From positions 2,217,298-2,281,297 of the forward strand of contig CP170506.1 of NCBI GenBank assembly GCA_042691655.1: a DNA stretch of 64,000 nt, written 5' to 3'. Position numbers and translations under genes: made by a program. This stretch comes from Chthoniobacteraceae bacterium. Its GTDB lineage: Bacteria > Verrucomicrobiota > Verrucomicrobiia > Chthoniobacterales > Chthoniobacteraceae. Below the pieces are notes generated by a model. The model was given only the letters and a program-made list of their open reading frames with translations. It did no database searches and was not told where the DNA came from. Positions 31,332 to 40,513 of this stretch are shown in pieces. Every line of letters begins with the position of its first letter. Within the stretch, counting starts at the first letter, position 1.

Positions 31332-32674
31332 CGGCTGATCGGCGTGAACTGAAAGCCATCGGAACCGTTACCATTGCTGCCGTTGTTGCCATCGACCGCC
31401 GCGGCCACGGGCTGCGCGGCTCCGGCTTCCCCCAGCGGTTTGCTGAAGAGCTGCGCGGCCAGCACTGTCTGGATCACCGAGTTGATATTCTGCAACGTCG
31501 CGCCCGAAGCGCCCGCGCCGCCGTTGCTGTCGGCCACGGTGACGAGCCGGGCCTGGGCCAGGGCGTTGGCGATGGCCGGGGCGATCTGCGGCAGCATCTC
31601 AAGCTGTTTGTAGCGCAGGTAACTCTCGCCGCCCGCGATGATCGCTTCGGTGACTTTCTGAATGGCCAAGGCGTTGGCTTCGGCAACCGTGGTGATCTCG
31701 ATGGCGCTCGCCTGCGCGTTGGCCTGGGCTGCGATGCGGATGCGCTCGGCGTCGGCGGAAGCCTGGGCGATGTCCGTGGCGCGCAGCTCGGACTCGCGCT
31801 GACCGGCCAGGGCGTCCTGCTTCTGGGCCTCGGCCTGGGCGATCAATGCGGCGTTGGCAGCGCGGGTCTGCTCCAGTTCGCGTTGCTTGTCGGAAATGAC
31901 GCGCTCGGCTTCGAGTTGCGCTTCCTTGGCGCGGCGGGCCTGCTGCGCGGAGACGATGTCGGCGTTGGCCTGGGCCTCGGCGGCCGACTGGCGACGGCGG
32001 GCGTCGGCTACCTCGGATTGCACGATCTTGATGTTGAGCGAATTAAAGATGAGCCCCAGGTCGGTCAGTTCGCGCGAGCAGGCCTTGCGAATGATGATCG
32101 CCAACGGGTCGTCGTCCTGTTCCGCCACCGCGATGATCGGCGTCGCGACGGGCACGATTTCCGAACTTTCCTCCCCTTCATGAACGCGCGGCGCGGACTT
32201 CGCGGAAAAGAGCTGGTCGTGGGTCAGGAGGTTGATGGCGCGGCGGCCCGAGCTGGAGAGCAAGTCAATCAAGATGCTCGTCTGATCCTCCTGGGGCTTG
32301 GCGAAGAAACGGTTCGCGGCGGTTTTGATGAGCTCCTCGGAGTCGCCCACGGAAACAATCGCGCTCGCCAGCACGCGCACTTTGATTGGCTGCGGCTGGC
32401 CGTTGGCGTCGGTATCCGCCGTCTGATCGGTAATATCTAGGTCAACGTTGATCGCCCTGCTCGAAAGCGTCGTGCCGGTCGTCAGGAGTGGGATTTCAAT
32501 CGACTTCCCCGGCCCCCGGTAAGTCTTCGTGCTGCCGAAAAGCCAGCTCACCATCCGGATGCTGCCGGCATCGACAGTGCGAAGAAAGGAGGTTACCAGG
32601 AGCGGCACGATGATTAAAACGACGACCAGGATAAAGCCGCCAATCACTAAAAGAGGAATCGGATCTGTAGACAT
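31328..32674 (-). CDS. SPFH/band-7 flotillin-like protein (YqiK-like)
   Basis: 448 aa. N-terminal TM, SPFH domain, long Ala/Gln/Glu-rich coiled-coil flotillin tail. Confidence 0.8.
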   Translation of the reverse strand: MSTDPIPLLVIGGFILVVVLIIVPLLVTSFLRTVDAGSIRMVSWLFGSTKTYRGPGKSIEIPLLTTGTTLSSRAINVDLDITDQTADTDANGQPQPIKVRVLASAIVSVGDSEELIKTAANRFFAKPQEDQTSILIDLLSSSGRRAINLLTHDQLFSAKSAPRVHEGEESSEIVPVATPIIAVAEQDDDPLAIIIRKACSRELTDLGLIFNSLNIKIVQSEVADARRRQSAAEAQANADIVSAQQARRAKEAQLEAERVISDKQRELEQTRAANAALIAQAEAQKQDALAGQRESELRATDIAQASADAERIRIAAQANAQASAIEITTVAEANALAIQKVTEAIIAGGESYLRYKQLEMLPQIAPAIANALAQARLVTVADSNGGAGASGATLQNINSVIQTVLAAQLFSKPLGEAGAAQPVAAAVDGNNGSNGNGSDGFQFTPISR

Positions 32675-32692
32675 AGTTATTTGGGTTTGTGT

Positions 32693-33346
32693 TTAGGAAA
32701 GATTTCCGCGCCGGGCCACGGTGCATCGGTTGCGATGAGGGTCAATGCCCACGATGATGAGGCGCTCTCCGGAGAGAATCCGAGGAACCGGGCCGGAGCC
32801 CGCTTGCAGCATTCCCAGCATTTGGTGCACCTGGCCGTCGAGCGTCAACGAAACGAGCCCGGCTCCCTCGGCGTCAAAATTGGTCTCGGCCACCGCTTCC
32901 TCCAGCATGGCGGTCTCAAGAGTCCGGGCGGGGGTGGACGCAAATTGCAAAACGAAATTCCACACGGGCCGGACCAAGCCGCGTTCGAACACCCACGCGA
33001 CCGCGATCGACGCCCCGATGAGAAGGAGCCCGGAAATCCACCGGTCCAGAATGGCCCCCGCCGCGCCGAAGCCAAAAATCATGCTGAACCAAACGCGCGG
33101 GGCGAGATACGAAAGCCAGTTGAGCGCAGGGGCCCCGGGCCCGGCTTCGTGGGAGGCGAGATCGGCATGATGGGCGGGAGCGTGGGCGTGGCCGTGACCG
33201 TCCAAGTGAAAATGGCCGCCGTGAAGATCGTGGCCTCCGGTGTGACCGTGGCCACCGCCGCCATGATGACCGACCCCCATAACGGCCATAAGAAGCAGCC
33301 CAAGGAAGCCGAGGCCCATGCAGAAAACGTAGAAGTCGATGATCAT
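32693..33346 (-). CDS. NfeD/YqiJ-like membrane protein with His/Gly-rich loop
   Basis: 217 aa. N-terminal TM helices, His-Gly repeat tract, C-terminal soluble OB-like region. Sits immediately upstream of the flotillin gene, the canonical NfeD-SPFH pairing. Confidence 0.6.
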   Translation of the reverse strand: MIIDFYVFCMGLGFLGLLLMAVMGVGHHGGGGHGHTGGHDLHGGHFHLDGHGHAHAPAHHADLASHEAGPGAPALNWLSYLAPRVWFSMIFGFGAAGAILDRWISGLLLIGASIAVAWVFERGLVRPVWNFVLQFASTPARTLETAMLEEAVAETNFDAEGAGLVSLTLDGQVHQMLGMLQAGSGPVPRILSGERLIIVGIDPHRNRCTVARRGNLS

Positions 33347-33443
33347 CTTGTCCGTTCGCGTTAAAACTCATAAGCACAACGCTAAAAGAAGGGAAGGAGA
33401 AATGGATCTCCTTCCCTTCTTGATATTCGGTCTTAACAAATCG

Positions 33444-35198
33444 CTACCGGTGCAGCGGTTTCCAGTGGTTCAAGTCAGGCGGCAGCGGGTGATGGCGCGG
33501 TTTTTCCGCCCGGAAGGGGGTTGCCAGGGGCAGATGATGCACGGCCATGGCGAGCGACATGACGTCGTCGTCGTGCTTGCCGGGGAGCGCCGCTTCGCGC
33601 CCGTCCTCGTGGGTGACGAAATGCCCGAGTTCGTCGATCACGTGGGCGTCGTAGACATCCAGGGGCGGGTCGCCGTCGAGGGCGCGGCTCAGCGAGGCGA
33701 CGACGAGGGGTTTGGTGGCCGAGTTGCTTTGGAAGCCGAGCTTTTCGATGCCCTCGGCCCCGGGGCCCCGGCGTTTGAAGAGCGGCATGCCCGCCCGGCG
33801 CAGCCCTTCAATCAGCGTGAGCCCCATGGGCACTTCCACGCCGATGAGGCAGCGGCCGTAGTAGCGGCATAGGGCGATGACTTTTTCCTCCAGGACGTGC
33901 CAGTCGTCAAAACACGGCGGGCGCACCCGGGCGACCAGCGCGGCCGGAGCCGCCACGCCCCGGGAATCGGCGTAGCCCTGGCGCAGGACGAGGATCGAAT
34001 GCCGGTCGGGGTCGTGGCTGTCCCGCGTCTGCTCCCGGCCCGTGGCGGTGTCGCACCAGATGAGGTAGCGACGCTCGGGCGAGGGTTCTTCCCAAACCTG
34101 CGCCCAGCCGGATTCGTGCGGCTCGAAGGCGACGGCGCCGGTTTCATTTTGCCGCAGGAAACCGGTTTTCGCGGGCACCCGGCCCGCCATGGCGCGCAGC
34201 CGCGTCATCCCGGCGAGGGAAAACCGGGGCCGCCCACTGGTGAGGAAGGCCACTTTTTCGTCCTCCGGGTACTCTTGATCAAAGAGATCCTCGCGCCCGC
34301 CGCACTTCTGGGCCAGCGTCCAGCGCCGCCAGGCAATCTGCCCGGCCTCCCAGCCAAAGAGCGTTACGCCGCTGCGCTCCCGCTCGGAAAGCACAAGCGG
34401 CTGCTCCTCCGGGGCGATCCGGCTGTCTTCGAAAATGAACCATGGGGAAAACACCCTGATCCAGCCGTTGCCGAGCCGCCCCGCGAGCCGTTCCTCGAAG
34501 GTCGGCGCGCCCTGCCAATGCTCGTAGAACCAGCCCGCCGCGCCGTTGGCCGTGGTCTCCACCATGGCGACGCTCTGGGGCACATCGGCCAGGGAATTGA
34601 GCAGCGAGAGCATGGTTTTTTCCGCGCATTTCTCCCCATCGTTGGCGAAATGCGCCGCCTCGGAGACGTGCAGCACCTGCAGCGTTCCCGAGCGGCCCGC
34701 GCGCGGGTTTTCGGCGGTGTCGCGGTCGATGCGGCTCCAGGGGCGGCTGCTCCGGGTGAGGATCGCTGAGGTGGCCGTCTGCTCCCACTGCTGGCCCCAC
34801 GGGTAATCGTCGTTCTCCGCGTAGCGGCACGTCATCGCGAAGAGGTTGTCCGAATTTTTGTACCGGTCGGCGATCTGCACGGCCCGGGAACGGAATCGGC
34901 GGCAATGGTGGTAGACGATGGCCGCGCAGACGGTCGAGCTGCCTTTCTGCCGGGGCTTGAGGGCCAGGATGCGGCACGGGGTGCCGCGCGTCATGCACCA
35001 TTCGTAAACCTCCAGGAGGCGGAGTTGGTAATAATTGGGCTCGGGGGTGACGAGGCGCTGGTCCTTGGTGAGGATCTTCGCGCAGGTGGCAAACCATAGC
35101 CCCGCGCTGGAGGCGATGGAGGCCAGGGCTTCGTCGGTTTTTCGGGCGTTCCGGGGGGGACGCTTGCGGCGGGGTGCGCCGTTGGAACATTCTTTCAT
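33444..35198 (-). CDS. phage-type terminase large subunit (TerL), orphan
   Basis: 584 aa. ATPase motifs (Walker A-like LKPRQKGSST, Walker B VLHVSE, C-motif TTANG). RNaseH-like nuclease motifs (WCDTATG ... GKHDDDVMSLAMAV). Confidence 0.75.
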   Translation of the reverse strand: MKECSNGAPRRKRPPRNARKTDEALASIASSAGLWFATCAKILTKDQRLVTPEPNYYQLRLLEVYEWCMTRGTPCRILALKPRQKGSSTVCAAIVYHHCRRFRSRAVQIADRYKNSDNLFAMTCRYAENDDYPWGQQWEQTATSAILTRSSRPWSRIDRDTAENPRAGRSGTLQVLHVSEAAHFANDGEKCAEKTMLSLLNSLADVPQSVAMVETTANGAAGWFYEHWQGAPTFEERLAGRLGNGWIRVFSPWFIFEDSRIAPEEQPLVLSERERSGVTLFGWEAGQIAWRRWTLAQKCGGREDLFDQEYPEDEKVAFLTSGRPRFSLAGMTRLRAMAGRVPAKTGFLRQNETGAVAFEPHESGWAQVWEEPSPERRYLIWCDTATGREQTRDSHDPDRHSILVLRQGYADSRGVAAPAALVARVRPPCFDDWHVLEEKVIALCRYYGRCLIGVEVPMGLTLIEGLRRAGMPLFKRRGPGAEGIEKLGFQSNSATKPLVVASLSRALDGDPPLDVYDAHVIDELGHFVTHEDGREAALPGKHDDDVMSLAMAVHHLPLATPFRAEKPRHHPLPPDLNHWKPLHR

Positions 35199-35264
35199 GC
35201 GTCCCAGCGTAACGTCCTGCCGCCGTGGCGCTACGAGAACCCGAACCGAGCGCGTCAGAAAATC

Positions 35265-36380
35265 TCAGCGCGCGAAGAGCACGCACACCGGGGCGTGCAG
35301 CTCCAGGCACGCGCCCGAGGGGCTCAGGGTGCCGATTTGGGCGTCGATCGCCAAAAGCGCCAACCGGTGATCAGCCTCCCCCGCCACCAGCAACCAGCGG
35401 CCCGTGGGGTCGATGTCGAAGCCGCGCGGGGAGCGCACGGGCGAGGCCGCCAGCTCCACTGCCTTGGGCAAGCCGCCCGCGTCAATCTTGAAAACGGCGA
35501 TCCGGTCCCGGCCTTTTTTGGCGGTGTCGCGGATCGATACGTAGAGCCAGCCGCCGCCGGGGTGAAGCGCGATTTCAGCCGCTGAGTAGTCGCCGAGGGC
35601 TTCCCCCTCCGGCAGAACTGGGAGGGTTTGCAGCGGGGAGAGTGCGCCCGACTTGGGGTCGCGGGAAAAGACGCTCAGGGACGATGCCAGCTCGTTGCAG
35701 CAGTAGACGAATTTCCCGTCGCCGCTGAAGGCCAGGTGGCGCGGGCCTGCTCCAGCGGGGGTTCGCGCCGGGCCGATGGAGGTCAGATTCCCCTCGCCGC
35801 CACGGTAGCACTCGATCTTATCTCCGCCCAAGTCGCAGCCGTAAACGAAGGCCCCGCCATCCACGGGATAGAGGGAATGAGCAAACGAATGCGCCTGCCG
35901 CCGGGGATTTGGGCCGCTGCCGGAAAGCTCGATGCGCGCGCCATGAGGCTGGAGCGAGCCGTCGCCGTTGCGCTCGAAAACCGCGAAGCTCCCGGAGCTG
36001 TAGCTGGCCGCAAAGACCCTCTTTTCCGAGGCCGAGACATGGCAGGTGGCCGCCCCGCCGGAGGGTTGCACATTGAGAAAGGCTAACGCTCCGCCGCTCT
36101 CCACGCGAAACGCCGCGACCGCCCCCTCCTTGCGCTCCAGGCAGGCGTAAAGGAACCGGCCATCCGGCGAAAGTGCCAGGAAACTGGGGGCTTGCGCGTC
36201 TTCAGGGCGGCTGGCCGGGCAGAGGGCGCTCAAGCGGCCCGAATCGGTGTCGAGCGTTCCCGAGAAAATCCCGGGCGTATCGGGTGTGTTGTAGGTGCCG
36301 ATGAAAAAGCGGGCTTCGTGGGCGTGGGCGTTGAGAACCATGGTGGAGGACAAAAAGAGGAAAAAGAGAAGGGGCTTCAT
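35265..36380 (-). CDS. secreted lactonase-family 7-bladed beta-propeller protein (6-phosphogluconolactonase-like)
   Basis: Signal peptide. Repeated blades with LA(L/F)SPDG(R/K)F(L/V)Y motifs. Confidence 0.8.
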   Translation of the reverse strand: MKPLLFFLFLSSTMVLNAHAHEARFFIGTYNTPDTPGIFSGTLDTDSGRLSALCPASRPEDAQAPSFLALSPDGRFLYACLERKEGAVAAFRVESGGALAFLNVQPSGGAATCHVSASEKRVFAASYSSGSFAVFERNGDGSLQPHGARIELSGSGPNPRRQAHSFAHSLYPVDGGAFVYGCDLGGDKIECYRGGEGNLTSIGPARTPAGAGPRHLAFSGDGKFVYCCNELASSLSVFSRDPKSGALSPLQTLPVLPEGEALGDYSAAEIALHPGGGWLYVSIRDTAKKGRDRIAVFKIDAGGLPKAVELAASPVRSPRGFDIDPTGRWLLVAGEADHRLALLAIDAQIGTLSPSGACLELHAPVCVLFAR

Positions 36381-36385
36381 GGGGT

Positions 36386-37513
36386 TCAGCCAAGGCGGGC
36401 CGCTCCGCTCGCGGCCAGCTCATAACCGCAAAGCGCGGGCGGGGCCGCTTTTGCAAACGCCAGATACTGGAACCCCATTCCCATCAGCGAGGGGTGTATC
36501 AGCATGGCGAAGGAACGGAGGTCCTTCTGGCGCTCGGGGGTGAGGTCCGCAGGGTCGGTAATATCGGGGAATACCCGCTTCCCCAGCGCGGCCAGGAAGT
36601 GGTGCTGGTCGGTGAAGCCCGCCACTTCAAGTCCATGGGCCTGGCCCGCTTCGGCGAGCGCGGTGAAATCGACATGCGCGGTGAGGTCCTGTTCGCCCGG
36701 CGCGGCCAGCACGTCGGCGATCCGGCGCTGGCGGCGGTAGGCGGTAAGCGTTCCCTCAATGCGGTCGGGAAGGTAATAGTCGGCCCGCGAAAAACCGTAA
36801 TCCGCAATGAGCACATACCCGCGCTCCAGCCGGGCGGCCACGCTGGCAATCCACTGCGAAGCCCCAGGGTTGACCTCGGTGCAATAACCCTCGATGCGGG
36901 GAGCCGCCTCCAGAAGCCGCAGCGCTTGCGGGTCCGTAAGAGGCCGGTCCGTCCAGGCGAACCCGCTCCCGCTCACCGTAACGCAACGTTCGCGCCACCC
37001 GCCCTCGCGGTACACCACGGCGCACACCGGCAGGGCGTCCACCAGTTCGTTGGAAAAATGCACGCCTGTAAACCGCGGCAGGCGCTCCGGGGATTCATAC
37101 CACATCACCCGCCCCTCGAACGCTTCCAACCGCGCGCGCTGGCGCTCAAGGTTGGCCGCCAGGGGCTCGATGATTTTGTAACGGAGCGCCGCGACGAACT
37201 CCGGAAACCGGCGGGCCGCGCTCAGGAGGTCGTGGGCGAAGTCGCCCGCGTCGGCTCCCTGCTCCACCACGTCGAAGACGACCGGGCGATCCAGCAAGCG
37301 CCACATTTCCTCAAACTGCGTTGCCAGGAGCCGCCCGAAGAGCGGGCCGACGCTCACGCTCGTTACAAAGTCTCCCCGGCGTCCGACGACCGCCCGGCCT
37401 CCGGCATAGAAGCCGTGGTCGGGATCGTAGAGCGCCCGCTCCATGAAACGGCTAAACGGCATCGGGCCAGAGCGCTCGATCTCGGCGCGCAGTAGAGGAA
37501 CCAGCGAAGACAC
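36386..37513 (-). CDS. class I SAM-dependent methyltransferase, MidA/NDUFAF7 (DUF185) family
   Basis: 375 aa with the MidA-type Rossmann core. Confidence 0.75.
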   Translation of the reverse strand: MSSLVPLLRAEIERSGPMPFSRFMERALYDPDHGFYAGGRAVVGRRGDFVTSVSVGPLFGRLLATQFEEMWRLLDRPVVFDVVEQGADAGDFAHDLLSAARRFPEFVAALRYKIIEPLAANLERQRARLEAFEGRVMWYESPERLPRFTGVHFSNELVDALPVCAVVYREGGWRERCVTVSGSGFAWTDRPLTDPQALRLLEAAPRIEGYCTEVNPGASQWIASVAARLERGYVLIADYGFSRADYYLPDRIEGTLTAYRRQRRIADVLAAPGEQDLTAHVDFTALAEAGQAHGLEVAGFTDQHHFLAALGKRVFPDITDPADLTPERQKDLRSFAMLIHPSLMGMGFQYLAFAKAAPPALCGYELAASGAARLG

Positions 37514-37518
37514 GGGAG

Positions 37519-39333
37519 CTAAGGTGCGGAAGAGCTATCCGAGGGGGTCGCCGCCGGAGCGGCCGCAGGGAAGAGGCTTCCGCTCATCGGCTGGGGCAGC
37601 AGCGACGAGATATCCGTGGGCGGCGCTTCGGTTTGCGGGATATTGAGCAGCTTGGCTTCCTCGGGCAGCAGGTTCGCGCCCTTGGCCAGTTCAAGATACG
37701 GCTGGGCCTCCTCGGAGCGTCCGGCGGCGATCAGGAATGCGCCGTAGTAGGCAGCCGTGGAGGGGTCGCGGAGTTCCTCGGGCTTGAGATTGCGCATGGC
37801 TTCCAACGCCTTGGCCTTTTCGCCCATGCAAAAGAGGGCGAAGGCGTAGGTGGAGGTGAACACCGGGCTGGCGGGGTCTTTCTCGTGCAGCTCGCGCGCG
37901 ACGGAGAGGGCGTGCGCTTTGTCTTTGTCGAGCAGGAGGCAGAAAATGGCGAAGTTGTTGCGGATGGTGGGGTCGCCCGGGTTGCGGTCCATCAGGATGG
38001 AGTAGACCTGGTAGAGGCCGTCGGTGTTCCGCTGGTTAAAGTAAAAGAGCCCGAGGGCGCTAAGGGCTTCGTTGGAGCGGTTGGACTTGCGCACGGCCTG
38101 CCAGAGCGTGTCGGCCACTTCGTCATCCCATTTCCATTCGCTGGCCAGGCGCGCGAGGGTAAAGAGGGCGTCACCCTTGTTGCTGGTGGCGTTGACGGCC
38201 TCGGACCAGGCCATTTTGGAGGGCGAGCGGTTGCTCTCCAGCTCGCGGCCGCAACGGGCCAGGTAGGCGCGACGGATGAAGTCGAGCTCGCCCCACTGTT
38301 CGGTGGCCAGGAAGAAGCGCAGCTTTTTCCAGTCGCCAAAGAGCAGGAAGGTGCGGGCGATCTCCATTTTGATGGGAGTGGCGGCGGTCAACTCCGCGGG
38401 CAGCTTGAGCGCCCAGTCGCGGGCCAGGAGCGAAAGTTTGTTGCCGTTCATCCAGGTAAGGAGCGCCTGCACGTCCTCGGGCTTTTTCTCCGCGAGCTGC
38501 TCGGTTTCGGCAAGGCGGTTCAGGAAATCGGCGGATTTGCCCAGGTGGAGCACTTCGAGGAGGATCAGCCGGTCGCTGAAGGTTCGCTCGGAGGAGCGGT
38601 CGAGCTCCTGCGCCAGCGCGGTGGCCCGTTCGCCGAAGCCGCGTTTGGCGGCGTCGACCACCAGCGCGCGCAGCACGGTGGTGCGCAGCGGGGACGCGGT
38701 AGGGATGCTCTCCAGCACTTCCCGCGCGCCATCCCGGGTGGCGTTATCCGGAGCGGCCAGGCGGGTGATGGCCAGGTGAATGCGGTAGGTTTCGTTGCCG
38801 GGAGCCAGGCGCACGGCCTCGGCGTAGCGGGCCTCGGCCTCGGCGAACCCGGATCCGCTCTGCTGGGCGACGCGGCCTGCCAAATCCTGGTAATCCGCAC
38901 GGCCTCGGGCCCGAGGTTCGATCTCTTTCAACACCCGCGCGGCTTCCTGGACCTGCCCGAAGCGGGAAGCGCCCTCGGCCAGGGAAAGCTGGTCCTCAAG
39001 GCTGCCGGGGGCGAGCTCCACGGTACGCCGCAGCCAGGGGAGCGCCTTGGCGCTGCCGTCTTTCAGCCACGCCTGGGCGTAGAGCCGGGCGGCGGCGAGG
39101 TTGCGGGGGTTGAGCGAAAGGGCGGTGTCGAGCGCGAGCCGCAACTCCTTCTGGCGATCCTGTTCGAGAAAAACCCGGGCCACCCGGATCAAGCGGCGCT
39201 CTTTCCAGGCAAGGTAAACGTGTCGCGTTCCTCCGGTGATCGCCAGCAGCAAAACGACGGTGGCAACGATGAGCGCCCACCTGGGAATGCGGCGGCGGCG
39301 CGGAGCGGAGGCTTCAGGGGTTGTCTTATCCAT
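37519..39333 (-). CDS. TPR-repeat protein with N-terminal membrane anchor
   Basis: 604 aa. Single N-terminal TM, then many tetratricopeptide-like helical repeats. Confidence 0.7.
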   Translation of the reverse strand: MDKTTPEASAPRRRRIPRWALIVATVVLLLAITGGTRHVYLAWKERRLIRVARVFLEQDRQKELRLALDTALSLNPRNLAAARLYAQAWLKDGSAKALPWLRRTVELAPGSLEDQLSLAEGASRFGQVQEAARVLKEIEPRARGRADYQDLAGRVAQQSGSGFAEAEARYAEAVRLAPGNETYRIHLAITRLAAPDNATRDGAREVLESIPTASPLRTTVLRALVVDAAKRGFGERATALAQELDRSSERTFSDRLILLEVLHLGKSADFLNRLAETEQLAEKKPEDVQALLTWMNGNKLSLLARDWALKLPAELTAATPIKMEIARTFLLFGDWKKLRFFLATEQWGELDFIRRAYLARCGRELESNRSPSKMAWSEAVNATSNKGDALFTLARLASEWKWDDEVADTLWQAVRKSNRSNEALSALGLFYFNQRNTDGLYQVYSILMDRNPGDPTIRNNFAIFCLLLDKDKAHALSVARELHEKDPASPVFTSTYAFALFCMGEKAKALEAMRNLKPEELRDPSTAAYYGAFLIAAGRSEEAQPYLELAKGANLLPEEAKLLNIPQTEAPPTDISSLLPQPMSGSLFPAAAPAATPSDSSSAP

Positions 39334-39391
39334 GGGTGTCTGAAAATAGCCGAAAAAAGACCGGTTGCGAGGGCAAATCTTTAAGGTGCCC

Positions 39392-40513
39392 TTAACCTAG
39401 CAGGGATTGAAAATCGTCAAGGTACATTCCCGCCACGCGCTCTACCGAAAAGCGCGCGGAGGTCTCCCATGCGCGCGGGGCGGCTTGCGCCAGGAGCGCG
39501 GGGGTTCCCATTAATTCGCCAAGCCGCGCGGCCAGAGCCTGGGCGGGGGCGGCGGCGCGGTGGTCGAAGACCCAGCCGTTGACGCCGTTTTCGATGAAAT
39601 CGCCAAAGCAATCGAGCGCCGAGACGAGCGCCGGGCAGCCCTGGGCCATGGCTTCGAGCGGCGCGAGACCGAAGGTTTCGCCCTTTTCGGCCAGCGAGGG
39701 GTAGACAAATAGCGACGCCTCGCGGTAATGGGCGTGAAGGCGTTCCGGCTCAAACACGGCCCCCGTCCACTCGACGGGCAGGCTACCCGCACGCTTTTTC
39801 AGCTCGGCCAGGTAATCGTCGCCACCGCCGCCGTAGCGGGCTTCCGCCGGGCCGACGACCACGAGCTTCCAGCCCGCGCGCAGGCTGGCGGGGAGCAGCG
39901 CGAAGGCGTCCAGGAGCAGGCCGATCCCCTTCTCGGGATGGACGCGCCCGACGTAGAGGAGGCGCTTTTCGGCTCCGGCGGGGCGCGGTTGGGGAGGCAC
40001 AGAGGCCACTTCGCCGGGAAGCGGGTTTGGGATGGAGATGACCTTCGAGGCGAGGTGGGGCACTTCGCGCACGATGGCTTCGCGGATCGGGCCCGAGACC
40101 GTCTGAATCCGGGCGGCGTGGCCGTAGAAGCGCATCTGGCCCTTGGGATAGCGGGCCGCGTGGACGTAGAGTTTGCCCCAGTGCTTCCGGCGGGCGAGGA
40201 TCGGCAGGAAGAAGGTGTGCGTTACCAGGATATCGGCCTCGGGCAACACCGGCAGCACTCGCAGCGAGTAGAGGAGATCCAGCCCCTTGAGCGCGAGGAG
40301 GGACTGCGGCGCATCGGCCCCCGGCACGCGGAGGTGGCGCACGCCGTCGAGTGTTTCCTCGCGCGGAAGATCCCGGCACCGGCGCGAGATGTGGACGACT
40401 TCGTGCCCCCGGCGGGCGAACTCCGCGCCGAGCGCAAACCAGATTTTCTCCACGGCTCCGCCCATCAGCGGTGGCACGGGGAAAAAGGCTCCCTGGGCGA
40501 TGGTGATCTTCAT
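39392..40513 (-). CDS. glycosyltransferase family 4
   Basis: GT4 C-terminal EX7E-type motif region (FVYPSLAEKGETFGLAPLEAMAQGCP). Confidence 0.85.
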   Translation of the reverse strand: MKITIAQGAFFPVPPLMGGAVEKIWFALGAEFARRGHEVVHISRRCRDLPREETLDGVRHLRVPGADAPQSLLALKGLDLLYSLRVLPVLPEADILVTHTFFLPILARRKHWGKLYVHAARYPKGQMRFYGHAARIQTVSGPIREAIVREVPHLASKVISIPNPLPGEVASVPPQPRPAGAEKRLLYVGRVHPEKGIGLLLDAFALLPASLRAGWKLVVVGPAEARYGGGGDDYLAELKKRAGSLPVEWTGAVFEPERLHAHYREASLFVYPSLAEKGETFGLAPLEAMAQGCPALVSALDCFGDFIENGVNGWVFDHRAAAPAQALAARLGELMGTPALLAQAAPRAWETSARFSVERVAGMYLDDFQSLLG

